From: Acidimicrobiia bacterium
Lineage (GTDB): Bacteria > Actinomycetota > Acidimicrobiia > IMCC26256 > BP-133
Assembly: GCA_044867425.1 (NCBI GenBank)
Contig: JBIOUX010000104.1
Location: 211-64,210 of the forward strand
Length of the DNA stretch: 64,000 nucleotides
Direction: 5' to 3'
The notes below the pieces were generated by a model, which did not search any database, was not told the origin of the DNA, and worked only from the letters and a program-made list of their open reading frames with translations. The number at the start of each line of letters is the position of its first letter. Position 1 is the stretch's first letter. Positions 8,867 through 17,101 of the stretch are shown piece by piece. Made by a program: the position numbers and the translations under genes.

Positions 8867-10566
8867 TCAGTTTCGACGGCCCCAGTGGCGTCGGCAAGAC
8901 AGGCGTGGCGGCCGCGGTGGCATGCCGCCTCGGTCTCCCCTTCGTCAGTGTCGGCGACGTCTACCGCACCCTGGCCATCGCGGTGGCCGATGGGATGGCA
9001 CTCACGGCCGCGACCGAGCGGCTGGTCGTCCGACCGGCCGCACCCGGGCGGCCGCCGGTGGTCACCCTCGACGGCCGGGCCCTGGGCGCGCGGCTGTTGG
9101 TCGACGATGCCATCGAAGGTGCGGCGGCACGTCTCGCCCGACAGCCGGGCGTCTGGGAAGCAGTCAGCCGGATCGTCCGCTCCGCTACCGACGGACAGCA
9201 GGCCGTCGTCGAGGGAAGAACCTCGTACGAGCTGGCTGACGGCAACGGACTCCGGTTCTTCCTGTGGGCCGACCCAGCCGAGAGGGCGCGCCGGCTCCAT
9301 GCCGAGAAGGCACGACACGGTTGGCAGGGCAGCCTCGATGAGATCGGGCGAGGAACCAGGTGGCGTGACGGCGAGGACGCGCGCCGGGTCGACCACCCGT
9401 TGCGCCTGCGGTCCGGCATGATCTTCTGGGATTCGAGCGGGAGCCCGTCCCAAGAGGAGACCGTCGACGGTGTCTGCCGGCTGATCAGGCACCACCAGGG
9501 AACGTCACCGCTCGGGGCGTCGGTCGTCATTCCCGCCGGCCGGCGCCGACACCATGCCGTCCTGGCGCTCGAAGCCCTGTCCAGGCAAGATCTCGACCCC
9601 TCCCGGTACGAGGTCCTGGTGGTCCGGGATAGCGGGGCGGACAACCACATCTGCCTGCCGCCGGGGCTGAACGGGCATGTGCTCGAGACCCGCCGGCGGG
9701 GCGCGGCGGCGGCCCGGAACCTCGGCCTCGCACAGGTGCAGGGCGACGTCGTGATCTTCCTGGATGGCGACATGCTGGTCGGGCCTGACTTCCTGCGCCG
9801 CCACCTCGAGCTGCACGGCCGGCGTCATGACCTGGTGCTGTCCGGCGCCCGCCGCCACCTCCCGCCGGGACCCGAGGTACCCACCTCCGGCTCCCGCCGC
9901 GATTCGCGCGAGGCGATTCTCGACCGGTACTCGTACAACCTCGGCTGCCTGGCCAAGCCCTGGAGCCTCGCCTACAGCTGCAACCTCAGCCTGTGGACGA
10001 GACGCGCCCGGGACGCGGGTGGCTTCGACGAGCACTTCGTGACCTGGGGTCTCGAGGACCTCGAATTCGCCTACCGCTGTCATCAACAGGGAGCCCGCTT
10101 CGGGTACAGCCGGAGGGCGGGGGGGCACCATCTCTGGCACGACCGGTCGCTCACCCCGGAGCGATACAACGATTGGTCCACCAGCCTGCGGTGGTTCGTC
10201 GAACGCCATCCGACGGCCGACGTGAACGACCTCGGCCTGCTGGCGCCGGCATTCGACCCCGCCCGCCGGGGAGATTTTTTTGCCGCCTATGAACGCTTCA
10301 ATGGCGTCCGGCGAAGCCGTGGCCCTCAGCGCGTCATCGAGACCGGCGCGTTCGACGACGCGCTGGAGGTGGCTCAGCGGGCGGTGGCGGAGGACGACGG
10401 CGGGGACGTCATCGTCGTGGACGGCCTCGACGACGAAGAGACCTGCCTCCTCATGGAAGCGGCGACGCCGGGACGACACGTCCAGGCCTACCAACGCTCG
10501 GACTGGGAGCGGCTGACGGCCACGGAGCAGGCCCCCCCGGTGCTCCTCGAGGGCGCCCCCCGGTGA
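8863..10566 (+). CDS. Fusion protein: cytidylate kinase-like N-domain plus family-2 glycosyltransferase
   Basis: N-terminus ISFDGPSGVGKTGVAAAVACRLGLPFVSVGDVYR is Cmk-like. Middle part VVIPAGRRRHH...VLVVRDSGAD...NLGLAQVQGDVVIFLDGDMLV is GT2 with a DxD-type motif. GTGA overlap at 8863. Confidence 0.75.
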   Translation: MISFDGPSGVGKTGVAAAVACRLGLPFVSVGDVYRTLAIAVADGMALTAATERLVVRPAAPGRPPVVTLDGRALGARLLVDDAIEGAAARLARQPGVWEAVSRIVRSATDGQQAVVEGRTSYELADGNGLRFFLWADPAERARRLHAEKARHGWQGSLDEIGRGTRWRDGEDARRVDHPLRLRSGMIFWDSSGSPSQEETVDGVCRLIRHHQGTSPLGASVVIPAGRRRHHAVLALEALSRQDLDPSRYEVLVVRDSGADNHICLPPGLNGHVLETRRRGAAAARNLGLAQVQGDVVIFLDGDMLVGPDFLRRHLELHGRRHDLVLSGARRHLPPGPEVPTSGSRRDSREAILDRYSYNLGCLAKPWSLAYSCNLSLWTRRARDAGGFDEHFVTWGLEDLEFAYRCHQQGARFGYSRRAGGHHLWHDRSLTPERYNDWSTSLRWFVERHPTADVNDLGLLAPAFDPARRGDFFAAYERFNGVRRSRGPQRVIETGAFDDALEVAQRAVAEDDGGDVIVVDGLDDEETCLLMEAATPGRHVQAYQRSDWERLTATEQAPPVLLEGAPR

Positions 10567-11336
10567 CCACTCCGACGCCGGCGAACGATCCGGGGCGTCC
10601 TGTACGCCGCGAGGAACTCGTCGCCGTGGGCGACGGTCACGTCCTCACGGTGACCGACTTTCCCGCCCGTGAGCCAGCCGGCACCGTCGTCCTGTGTCAT
10701 GGCCTCACCGGAGATCGAGTTGGCCCCCAGCGGCTGCTCACCGTACTGGCGGAGGAGATCGCTTTGGGCGGCTTCCTCTGTCTGCGCTTCGATTTTCGCG
10801 GCTCGGGAGACTCCAGCGGGGACTTCTCGGGCTCGACCTTCACGTCGATGCGTGAGGATGTGGAGCTCGTCACCAGCTGGGGACGGGAGCGGTACGGGCG
10901 GCACCCCCTGGGGCTGGTCGGACTGTCGATCGGTGGGGTTCCGCTGGCGGTGGCCGCCCGCCGGTTCGACCACGTGGGCGCCGTCGTCCTGCTCTCGAGC
11001 GACGTGATCGAGGACGTCTACTTCCCCGATATCGGCCCCATGGTCGCCATCCGGGGCGGCGAGTTCCAGCTGCCGGCGAGCTTCTGGCGGGAACGGGAGC
11101 TTCTGCACCCGTTCAGCGACCTGCTGGCGACGGGTAGCCCGGTCAAGCTCTTCTACGGCGCCCAGGACGAGAAGCTGGCTCGAGAAGCACGCCGGTTCAG
11201 AGCGGCCGGATTCTCAGTCGAGCAGATCAGGGGCGTGGGGCACCTCTTCGAAAACATCGAGACCCGACACTATCTCGGCCGTCGTGTCGTCAGGTTCCTG
11301 CGCCGGCACCTGGTGCACCCGGCTCGGCGGCCATGA
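10563..11336 (+). CDS. Alpha/beta hydrolase
   Basis: VVLCHGLTGD, DFRGSGDS, and nucleophile elbow GLSIGG. GTGA overlap at 10563. Confidence 0.75.
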   Translation: MTTPTPANDPGRPVRREELVAVGDGHVLTVTDFPAREPAGTVVLCHGLTGDRVGPQRLLTVLAEEIALGGFLCLRFDFRGSGDSSGDFSGSTFTSMREDVELVTSWGRERYGRHPLGLVGLSIGGVPLAVAARRFDHVGAVVLLSSDVIEDVYFPDIGPMVAIRGGEFQLPASFWRERELLHPFSDLLATGSPVKLFYGAQDEKLAREARRFRAAGFSVEQIRGVGHLFENIETRHYLGRRVVRFLRRHLVHPARRP

Positions 11337-12502
11337 AGCGGACGAGCACCGAGTTCACACTCTGCCTGATCGCCAAGGACGAGGCCGAATACATCGACGA
11401 CTGCCTGCGCAGCCTGGCCGACGAGGCGTCGGCGATCGTCGTCGTCGACACAGGGTCCAGCGACGGAACCGTCGAGATCGCACGTCGGTACACCTCGCAC
11501 GTGTTCCTGCAACCGTTCGACGGCGACTTCAGCCGCGCTCGCAACCTCGCTCTCGGCTTCGTGCGCACGCCCTGGGTGGTCTTTCTCGATGCCGACGAGC
11601 GGTTCGACGGCAGGCAGGCAGCCAAGCTGCATCACCAGCTCATGGCGGTCCCCCCCGAGGTCATCGCCCTGCGGGTCATGCGCTACAACTTCTTCGCCAC
11701 GGGCGGCTGGTATTCAGGCAAGGAGATCAAGGTTTTCCGAAATCATCCCGCCCTCCGGTACCGGTGGGCCATCAACGAGAGCGTCCGTGACTCGGTGGAG
11801 GAGCTCGGAGGCGGTATCGGGGAGCTCCCGGTCGTGCTCAACCATTTCGGCCACTGTCGCCCGCGGCCGGTCCGTGACGCCAAAGCCCATCGGTACATGG
11901 CGTTGATCAGCGCCCGGCTCAAGGCCAATCCCGGTCACGGTCTCCTCGTCGGCTATCTGGCACTGATCCTGCGGACCCTGGGTCGGTTCGACGAGGCCAT
12001 GGTCCACGCCCGGCGAGCGATCTCGCTCGCCCCTGACGTCGCCCGGGTGCACCAGTTCCACGGGCACGTTCTGCGGTCGGTGGGAGCCGACCAGGAGGCG
12101 CGCGATGCCTACGCCCGCGCCGTCGACCTCGATCCCGACGACGCCGCCAACTGGAACATGCTGGGGGTGATGGATCTGACGCTCGGCCGCCGGTCCGACG
12201 CGGGCCACGACTTTGTCAATGCGCGGCGCGTCGACCCCATCGCCCTGCACGTCCTCGTCAATCAGGGTCTCTGCGAACAGGCGGCGGGACGATACGCAGC
12301 GGCGGCTCAGCTGTTCGAGGAGGTCGCCCGGGTCAACCCCGGCTTCCTGCACGATGAATGGCGGGGACGGGTGGAATGTGATCCGTTCCGCGAGTTCTAC
12401 TACGAGACCATCATGCAGTACGCCGGGCTCGGGTACCACCTCGGCTACTGCCGCTACCTGGCCGCCACGGCCACCGGGCCGAGCGTGGCCCTGAGGGCAT
12501 GA
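11333..12502 (+). CDS. GT2 glycosyltransferase with C-terminal TPR-like domain (SunS-type architecture)
   Basis: FTLCLIAKDEAEYIDDCL...VVVDTGSSDGTVEIA...DFSRARN...FLDADE, followed by helical repeats (LRTLGRFDEAMVHARRAISLAPD...). ATGA overlap at 11333. Confidence 0.75.
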   Translation: MKRTSTEFTLCLIAKDEAEYIDDCLRSLADEASAIVVVDTGSSDGTVEIARRYTSHVFLQPFDGDFSRARNLALGFVRTPWVVFLDADERFDGRQAAKLHHQLMAVPPEVIALRVMRYNFFATGGWYSGKEIKVFRNHPALRYRWAINESVRDSVEELGGGIGELPVVLNHFGHCRPRPVRDAKAHRYMALISARLKANPGHGLLVGYLALILRTLGRFDEAMVHARRAISLAPDVARVHQFHGHVLRSVGADQEARDAYARAVDLDPDDAANWNMLGVMDLTLGRRSDAGHDFVNARRVDPIALHVLVNQGLCEQAAGRYAAAAQLFEEVARVNPGFLHDEWRGRVECDPFREFYYETIMQYAGLGYHLGYCRYLAATATGPSVALRA

Positions 12503-13791
12503 GTCCCGATCGAGCGCGGGCCACGACCCTCGCCGCCGCATGGCGACGCCCGGGTCTCCTCTGCGACCTCATCGCCGATCTCGACCACTGGCCGCCGCCA
12601 CCTCGACCGCGGGCACCTCTGCCGGAATTCGACGACGCCGACTCGGAGAAGATCGCCCCCCACGTTCTGAGCCTCTCGAACGGGACGGCACGCGATCCGC
12701 GGCTCGATCGGCAGTGGGCGGCGATCACCAGGAAGCGCAAGGTGCTGGCCGGCGAGGCACTGGCCATTGCCGAAGCGGCCCGAGCTACGGCCAGCCGGAT
12801 CTTGTTCCTCCGAGGCTTCGCGATGGATCCGTACTACCCGGACGGGTACCTGCGACAGTTCAACGATCTCGACGTCGTAGCTGCCACCGAAGCAGACGGC
12901 GATCGGCTGCTGCGGCAGCTGCACCGGCGTGGCTACTTCCACTCCCGGCCCGCCGTCGCCATCCGTAGTCCCGGAGACCGCCGTCAGCCGCTCTGGATGC
13001 TGTTCTCCCTCAAGGCCCTTCACCCTGACCTTCCCGAACCCGTCTTCGTCGACCTGGTTCTCGGCGGGCCCGCCGCCACCTCAGTCTCCAGACTTCCGCT
13101 GCCGATCTCCCTCTTCGAGCATCCCGGCTGGGTCGCGGTCGACGGCGGTCGTCTGCCGGTACCCGACGCCCTGCACTGCCTGCTCGTCCTCATCACCGAG
13201 ATGTACGAACGCCGGCAGGTCACCGTCCGGGACCTTCTCGATTTCGATCGCGTCCTGGGCCGCATCAAGGCGCCGGAACAAGCCGCGACGGAGGTGGCCC
13301 GGCACCGGTTCGAGGCTCAGGTCGAACGGCTGGCGCAGGCAGCGACCCAGTTGGGAGCGCCGGAGTTGGCCCGGCGCCTGCGGCTGCTGGCACCACGTCA
13401 CAGCGGCGGTGCGCCGACCCGGTGGTTCGGCCCCCTCCTCCCCCACGCCATGAGGCACGCTTGGGCGGATTCACCTTCCACCGCCCTGCTGCGCCTTGCC
13501 GTGGCCACCGCCGGGCCCCTGCTGGACCGGGTCGAGGACCGGGTTCCGGGCGCCGCGCTCAACTTCTGGCGACATGTGCCACCCCGTCACGGTTATCGCC
13601 TCGGCCTTCCCATCTACCTCTTTCCACTCCTGACGACCGTGGAGCCCGCCGCCCCGGGAGAGGAACGGTTCCCAGACACGTACCGGCGGGAACGATTCAG
13701 CGCCTGCGGGCGCATGTTCCTCGCCCGGTGCCGGCCGGTGGTGGACGAGACCGAGCTCGGGCTGCTCGAGCCCGCCTTTGATGCGGGTTAG
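12499..13791 (+). CDS. Uncharacterised nucleotidyltransferase family protein (NTP_transf_5-like)
   Basis: LFLRGFAMDPYYPDGYLRQFNDLDVVAATEADGDRLLRQL matches the KG..Y....R...D.D.LV signature of this family. ATGA overlap at 12499. Confidence 0.6.
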   Translation: MSPDRARATTLAAAWRRPGLLCDLIADLDHWPPPPRPRAPLPEFDDADSEKIAPHVLSLSNGTARDPRLDRQWAAITRKRKVLAGEALAIAEAARATASRILFLRGFAMDPYYPDGYLRQFNDLDVVAATEADGDRLLRQLHRRGYFHSRPAVAIRSPGDRRQPLWMLFSLKALHPDLPEPVFVDLVLGGPAATSVSRLPLPISLFEHPGWVAVDGGRLPVPDALHCLLVLITEMYERRQVTVRDLLDFDRVLGRIKAPEQAATEVARHRFEAQVERLAQAATQLGAPELARRLRLLAPRHSGGAPTRWFGPLLPHAMRHAWADSPSTALLRLAVATAGPLLDRVEDRVPGAALNFWRHVPPRHGYRLGLPIYLFPLLTTVEPAAPGEERFPDTYRRERFSACGRMFLARCRPVVDETELGLLEPAFDAG

Positions 13792-14764
13792 GCCGCTCCA
13801 GCCGGGCGACGAGGGCGCCGTCGTCGAGATGGCCCTCGGGCAGCGCCTGGACAGGGTTCACCCACGTGAACAAGACCTGGCGGACGCCGCCTTCGTCCGG
13901 CGCCGCCTCCGCCGCCGGTTCGCTCCCGACGCGATCGGCAACGTCCAGAGCCTCGGCTGCTTCTCCGGCGGCCGCCTAGCGGCGTTCGTCGTCGAGGCAG
14001 ATGGGATTCATCCCCTGACCAGGGAGCGCGAACGGCACCTGGTGGACGCCGGTTGCGGGCCTGGCGATGCGGACGCCCTGGGTGAGCTCGTCGGGCGGGT
14101 CGTGTCAGCCGCCCGAACGGACGGGGTCGACGTCGTGCGGGCCGATGTGGGCGTCGGAGGCAAGCACGCTCACGACATGCTCCGGACGTTCACCAACAAG
14201 GGGTTCGTGGAGGAGTTGATGGTGGTGCGCAGGGCCGTCGGAACGGCGGGATCGACCGGAGGCGAGGTCATGCTCACACCGCCCGAACATCGACGCTACG
14301 CGCTCGACTGCCTCCACCTCGCGATCGCCAACGCACTGAAAGCGGCCGGGCGCCAGGTCGACGACCGGCTCATCAGGCGCTACGTGGGCCGCCGGTTCGG
14401 GAAGCTCACCACCGCCACCCAGTGGTCGTTCCTGGCCCTGGAAAGCGGCCACCCCCGGGCTCACGCGCTCGTGCAGTCGATGCGAGCCGACCTGCGACGC
14501 GCCCATGAGGCGTTCGTCGTCGACATCTTCGTGCCCCGCGTCTGGAGCGGCCGGGGCTGGTCGGCTCGGCTGCTCGGGCACATCGATCACTTCCTCCAGC
14601 AGAGAGGCATCGATCGGATGCAAGGTACTGTCTTGCAGATCAACGATGCTCACAGTGCCGACTTGCTGCGAACCCTGTCGGGCTCGGGATGGTGGGCCGA
14701 GATGCAGTCACTCGTCCTCACGCTGAGCGGACCGGGCCGTGACGGCCAGGGACGCCACAGGTGA
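13781..14764 (+). CDS. Tandem GNAT-like acetyltransferase
   Basis: Two acyl-CoA N-acyltransferase-like halves. The second carries VPRVWSGRGWSARLLGHIDHFL. Start is ATG 13781 or TTG 13778. Confidence 0.45.
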   Translation: MRVRPLQPGDEGAVVEMALGQRLDRVHPREQDLADAAFVRRRLRRRFAPDAIGNVQSLGCFSGGRLAAFVVEADGIHPLTRERERHLVDAGCGPGDADALGELVGRVVSAARTDGVDVVRADVGVGGKHAHDMLRTFTNKGFVEELMVVRRAVGTAGSTGGEVMLTPPEHRRYALDCLHLAIANALKAAGRQVDDRLIRRYVGRRFGKLTTATQWSFLALESGHPRAHALVQSMRADLRRAHEAFVVDIFVPRVWSGRGWSARLLGHIDHFLQQRGIDRMQGTVLQINDAHSADLLRTLSGSGWWAEMQSLVLTLSGPGRDGQGRHR

Positions 14765-15378
14765 CGAGACAACCTGGCCTCGAGGTCTACGAGGAGCACG
14801 GGGACTACCCGCCACTCGTGCGCGCCGCCGTCCGGTTGACGCGAGACCGCGGCTGCTCACAGGCCTGCCTCCCCGAGGTCGGCCGTCTGCTGCAGCTCAT
14901 GGCCGCCACCGTGACGACCGGGAACATCGCCGAGCTCGGCACCGCCTTCGGGGTGGGCACCGCCTGGTTGGCGAGCGGAATGAGCCCGAGCGTCCGGCTG
15001 GTCACGGTCGAGATCGAACCCGACCGGGCTGAGGCCGCGGCGGGGCTCTTCGCGCCGCTCGAGAACGTCGAGGTCCTCTGCGGTGACTGGACCCAGAGCC
15101 ACAAGGCGGCGCCGTACGCGCTGGTCTTCTCCGACGGCGGGCCGAAGAGGGAACCGGACGCCCCCGACCTGGTCGCACCTCTCCTCCAGCCGGGAGGCCT
15201 TGTCGTACTCGACGACTTCACCCCAGAGAGCGCCTGGACGGACGAGGAGCGTCAGCAGTGGTACCAGGACCCGACGCGGCTCATCTGGTCGGAGCATCCC
15301 GGCTATCTGTGCACCGAGGTGCAGCTCAGCCCCCGGTCCTCGGTACTGCTGGCCGTCCGCCGGCCCCGGTCGGGGTGA
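14761..15378 (+). CDS. Class I SAM-dependent O-methyltransferase (family 3-like)
   Basis: IAELGTAFGVGTAWLA is SAM motif I and GGLVVLDDF follows. GTGA overlap at 14761. Confidence 0.75.
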   Translation: MTRQPGLEVYEEHGDYPPLVRAAVRLTRDRGCSQACLPEVGRLLQLMAATVTTGNIAELGTAFGVGTAWLASGMSPSVRLVTVEIEPDRAEAAAGLFAPLENVEVLCGDWTQSHKAAPYALVFSDGGPKREPDAPDLVAPLLQPGGLVVLDDFTPESAWTDEERQQWYQDPTRLIWSEHPGYLCTEVQLSPRSSVLLAVRRPRSG

Positions 15379-16441
15379 CGACTGCGGAGGAAGGGTCTTC
15401 GCCGACGGCCTGGCGCAGCTGGGCCACCAGCTCCCCGGCCCGCTCCGCCTCACCAAGGTGGGGGAAACCGCCCAGGATGAAGAAGTCGACTCCGGCGTCC
15501 CGGTACTCCATGAGCCGCTCGACGACCTGTCCGGGGTGGCCGACGAGCGAGACGGCGACGCCGAATCGCACCGTTCCCACGCCGGCCCACAGGTTGGGGC
15601 CCACGGTGAGATCGGCCCGGCTGGTGGGCTGATGGTGGGCCAGGCGGCTGGGGGAGGACGACCGGCTCCGCTCCGCCACCAGCCGCACGATCTCGGGGTC
15701 GGACCTCGAGATGAGGGCGTCTGCGGCCGTCCACGCCTGCTCCTCGGTGTCCCGCACGATCACGTTCACCCGGAGGCCGATCTCGAGTCGCCTGCCTTCG
15801 GGTACGAGACGGCGCATGTGCTCGATCTCCTGGCGCACATCCTGGAGGGGGCCGCCGAAGACGAGGTAGGCGTCGGCATGGTCGGCCGCGATCTGTCGCG
15901 CCGGCTGGGAGCCACCGGAGAAGAACACGGGAATCCGGCTCTCGAGCTCGGGGTACAGCTCCGTCCCGGTGATGCGGTAGATGGAGCCGTCGTAGCTGGA
16001 CGGGATGTCCCCGTACCAGAGGTCCTCGACGATCGCCAACCACTCTCTCACCCGCTGGAACCGGGTCTCCGGATCGTCGAAGTTGCCGATCCAGGCGTCT
16101 TCGTCCCACCGGCCCGAGGTGACGTTGAGCTCGACCCGCCCGGGGAAAAGGCAGCTCAGGGTATGGGCCATCTTGGCCGCCTGCGCAGGGTGGTACTGAC
16201 TGGGCCGCACGGCGATGAGGGCATGGATCCGCTCGGTCCGGGCCAGCATGGCTGTCGCCGCCAGCCACGCCTCCAGCGAGTACTGGTAAAAGGCCGGCAC
16301 CAGGAGCCCGTCGAAGCCCGAGGCCTCCGCCGCTCGGCCGACCCGGGCCAGGTAGTCCGCGGTGGGCCAGACCCCTTCGGGCTCCGCCAACCCGAGGTAG
16401 GTCTCGTCGACACTGACCGGCAGCAACCAGTACAGCCTCAT
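15326..16441 (-). CDS. Luciferase-like (LLM) flavin-dependent monooxygenase
   Basis: Track ORF 15326..16525. The start was trimmed to MRLYWLLPVSVDETY (ATG 16441), which forms an ATGA overlap with the DUF402 stop. LLM-like ASGFDGLLVPAFY and LNVTSGRW. Confidence 0.75.
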   Translation of the reverse strand: MRLYWLLPVSVDETYLGLAEPEGVWPTADYLARVGRAAEASGFDGLLVPAFYQYSLEAWLAATAMLARTERIHALIAVRPSQYHPAQAAKMAHTLSCLFPGRVELNVTSGRWDEDAWIGNFDDPETRFQRVREWLAIVEDLWYGDIPSSYDGSIYRITGTELYPELESRIPVFFSGGSQPARQIAADHADAYLVFGGPLQDVRQEIEHMRRLVPEGRRLEIGLRVNVIVRDTEEQAWTAADALISRSDPEIVRLVAERSRSSSPSRLAHHQPTSRADLTVGPNLWAGVGTVRFGVAVSLVGHPGQVVERLMEYRDAGVDFFILGGFPHLGEAERAGELVAQLRQAVGEDPSSAVVTPTGAGGRPAVPRTGG

Positions 16442-16980
16442 CGGGTGGCCAGGACCTGTCCGTCCCCGACCTTCGGATAGCGGTGATCGGCAGAGAAGAA
16501 GGGGCAGATTTGCGGCGGGGGCCACGGCCCGTTGCGGTGGAGATAGGTGTCGACGAACGTCTCCGCCCGAGTCAGGACGTCACCTGCTTCTTCGATGGAG
16601 AATGCTCCGGACGACAGCCGCCGGGCGACATCATCCAGGTCGAGCATTCGGTACGTCGGCCCCATGCCTTCGACGATGACGTCAAGGGCCATGTCGCGCA
16701 CGTGGAGCAGGCCGGGCCGTCGCTCGGTGATCGTCACGACGTCGACGACCCATTCGTCTCGCCACTCGAAGGGTTCGAACACGAGCTGGATTCCGAGATC
16801 GACCAGCCAGAAGAAGCGACGTAACCCGTCCGGCCCCAGCCGGACGTCGTGCTCGTCACGGAACAGCACCGTCCCGCTGCGCCAAGCTGAACAGGGACGG
16901 AAGTCGCGATCACGCCACTGAACTCGGCACCGCTCCAGGGGGATCGTCGGCGAAGCCGCACCCCTCACCATCGGGTCCAT
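16438..16980 (-). CDS. DUF402 (FomD-like nucleotide-hydrolase fold) protein
   Basis: FFWLVDLGIQLVFEPFEWRDEWVVDVVTI...ALDVIVEGMGPTYRMLDLDD resembles DUF402. Translationally coupled to the downstream LLM gene. Confidence 0.55.
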   Translation of the reverse strand: MDPMVRGAASPTIPLERCRVQWRDRDFRPCSAWRSGTVLFRDEHDVRLGPDGLRRFFWLVDLGIQLVFEPFEWRDEWVVDVVTITERRPGLLHVRDMALDVIVEGMGPTYRMLDLDDVARRLSSGAFSIEEAGDVLTRAETFVDTYLHRNGPWPPPQICPFFSADHRYPKVGDGQVLATR

Positions 16981-17047
16981 ACCGCCCTCGCATGCGTCTC
17001 ACGGCGGGGTTTCGCCGACCAGTGTGGGGATCGAGCCAGTCCTCGTC

Positions 17048-17067
17048 ATGAGTGGTCGACCACTCAT
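17048..17067. promoter_or_regulatory. Palindrome copy 2: ATGAGTGGTCGACCACTCAT (perfect 20-bp palindrome)
   Basis: Lies 68 nt upstream of the DUF402 start (minus strand) and just downstream of the F420-LLM stop. Confidence 0.5.
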
Positions 17068-17101
17068 TTCGTGTCACGGGCCGGCTTACGTGGTGGTTCC
17101 C

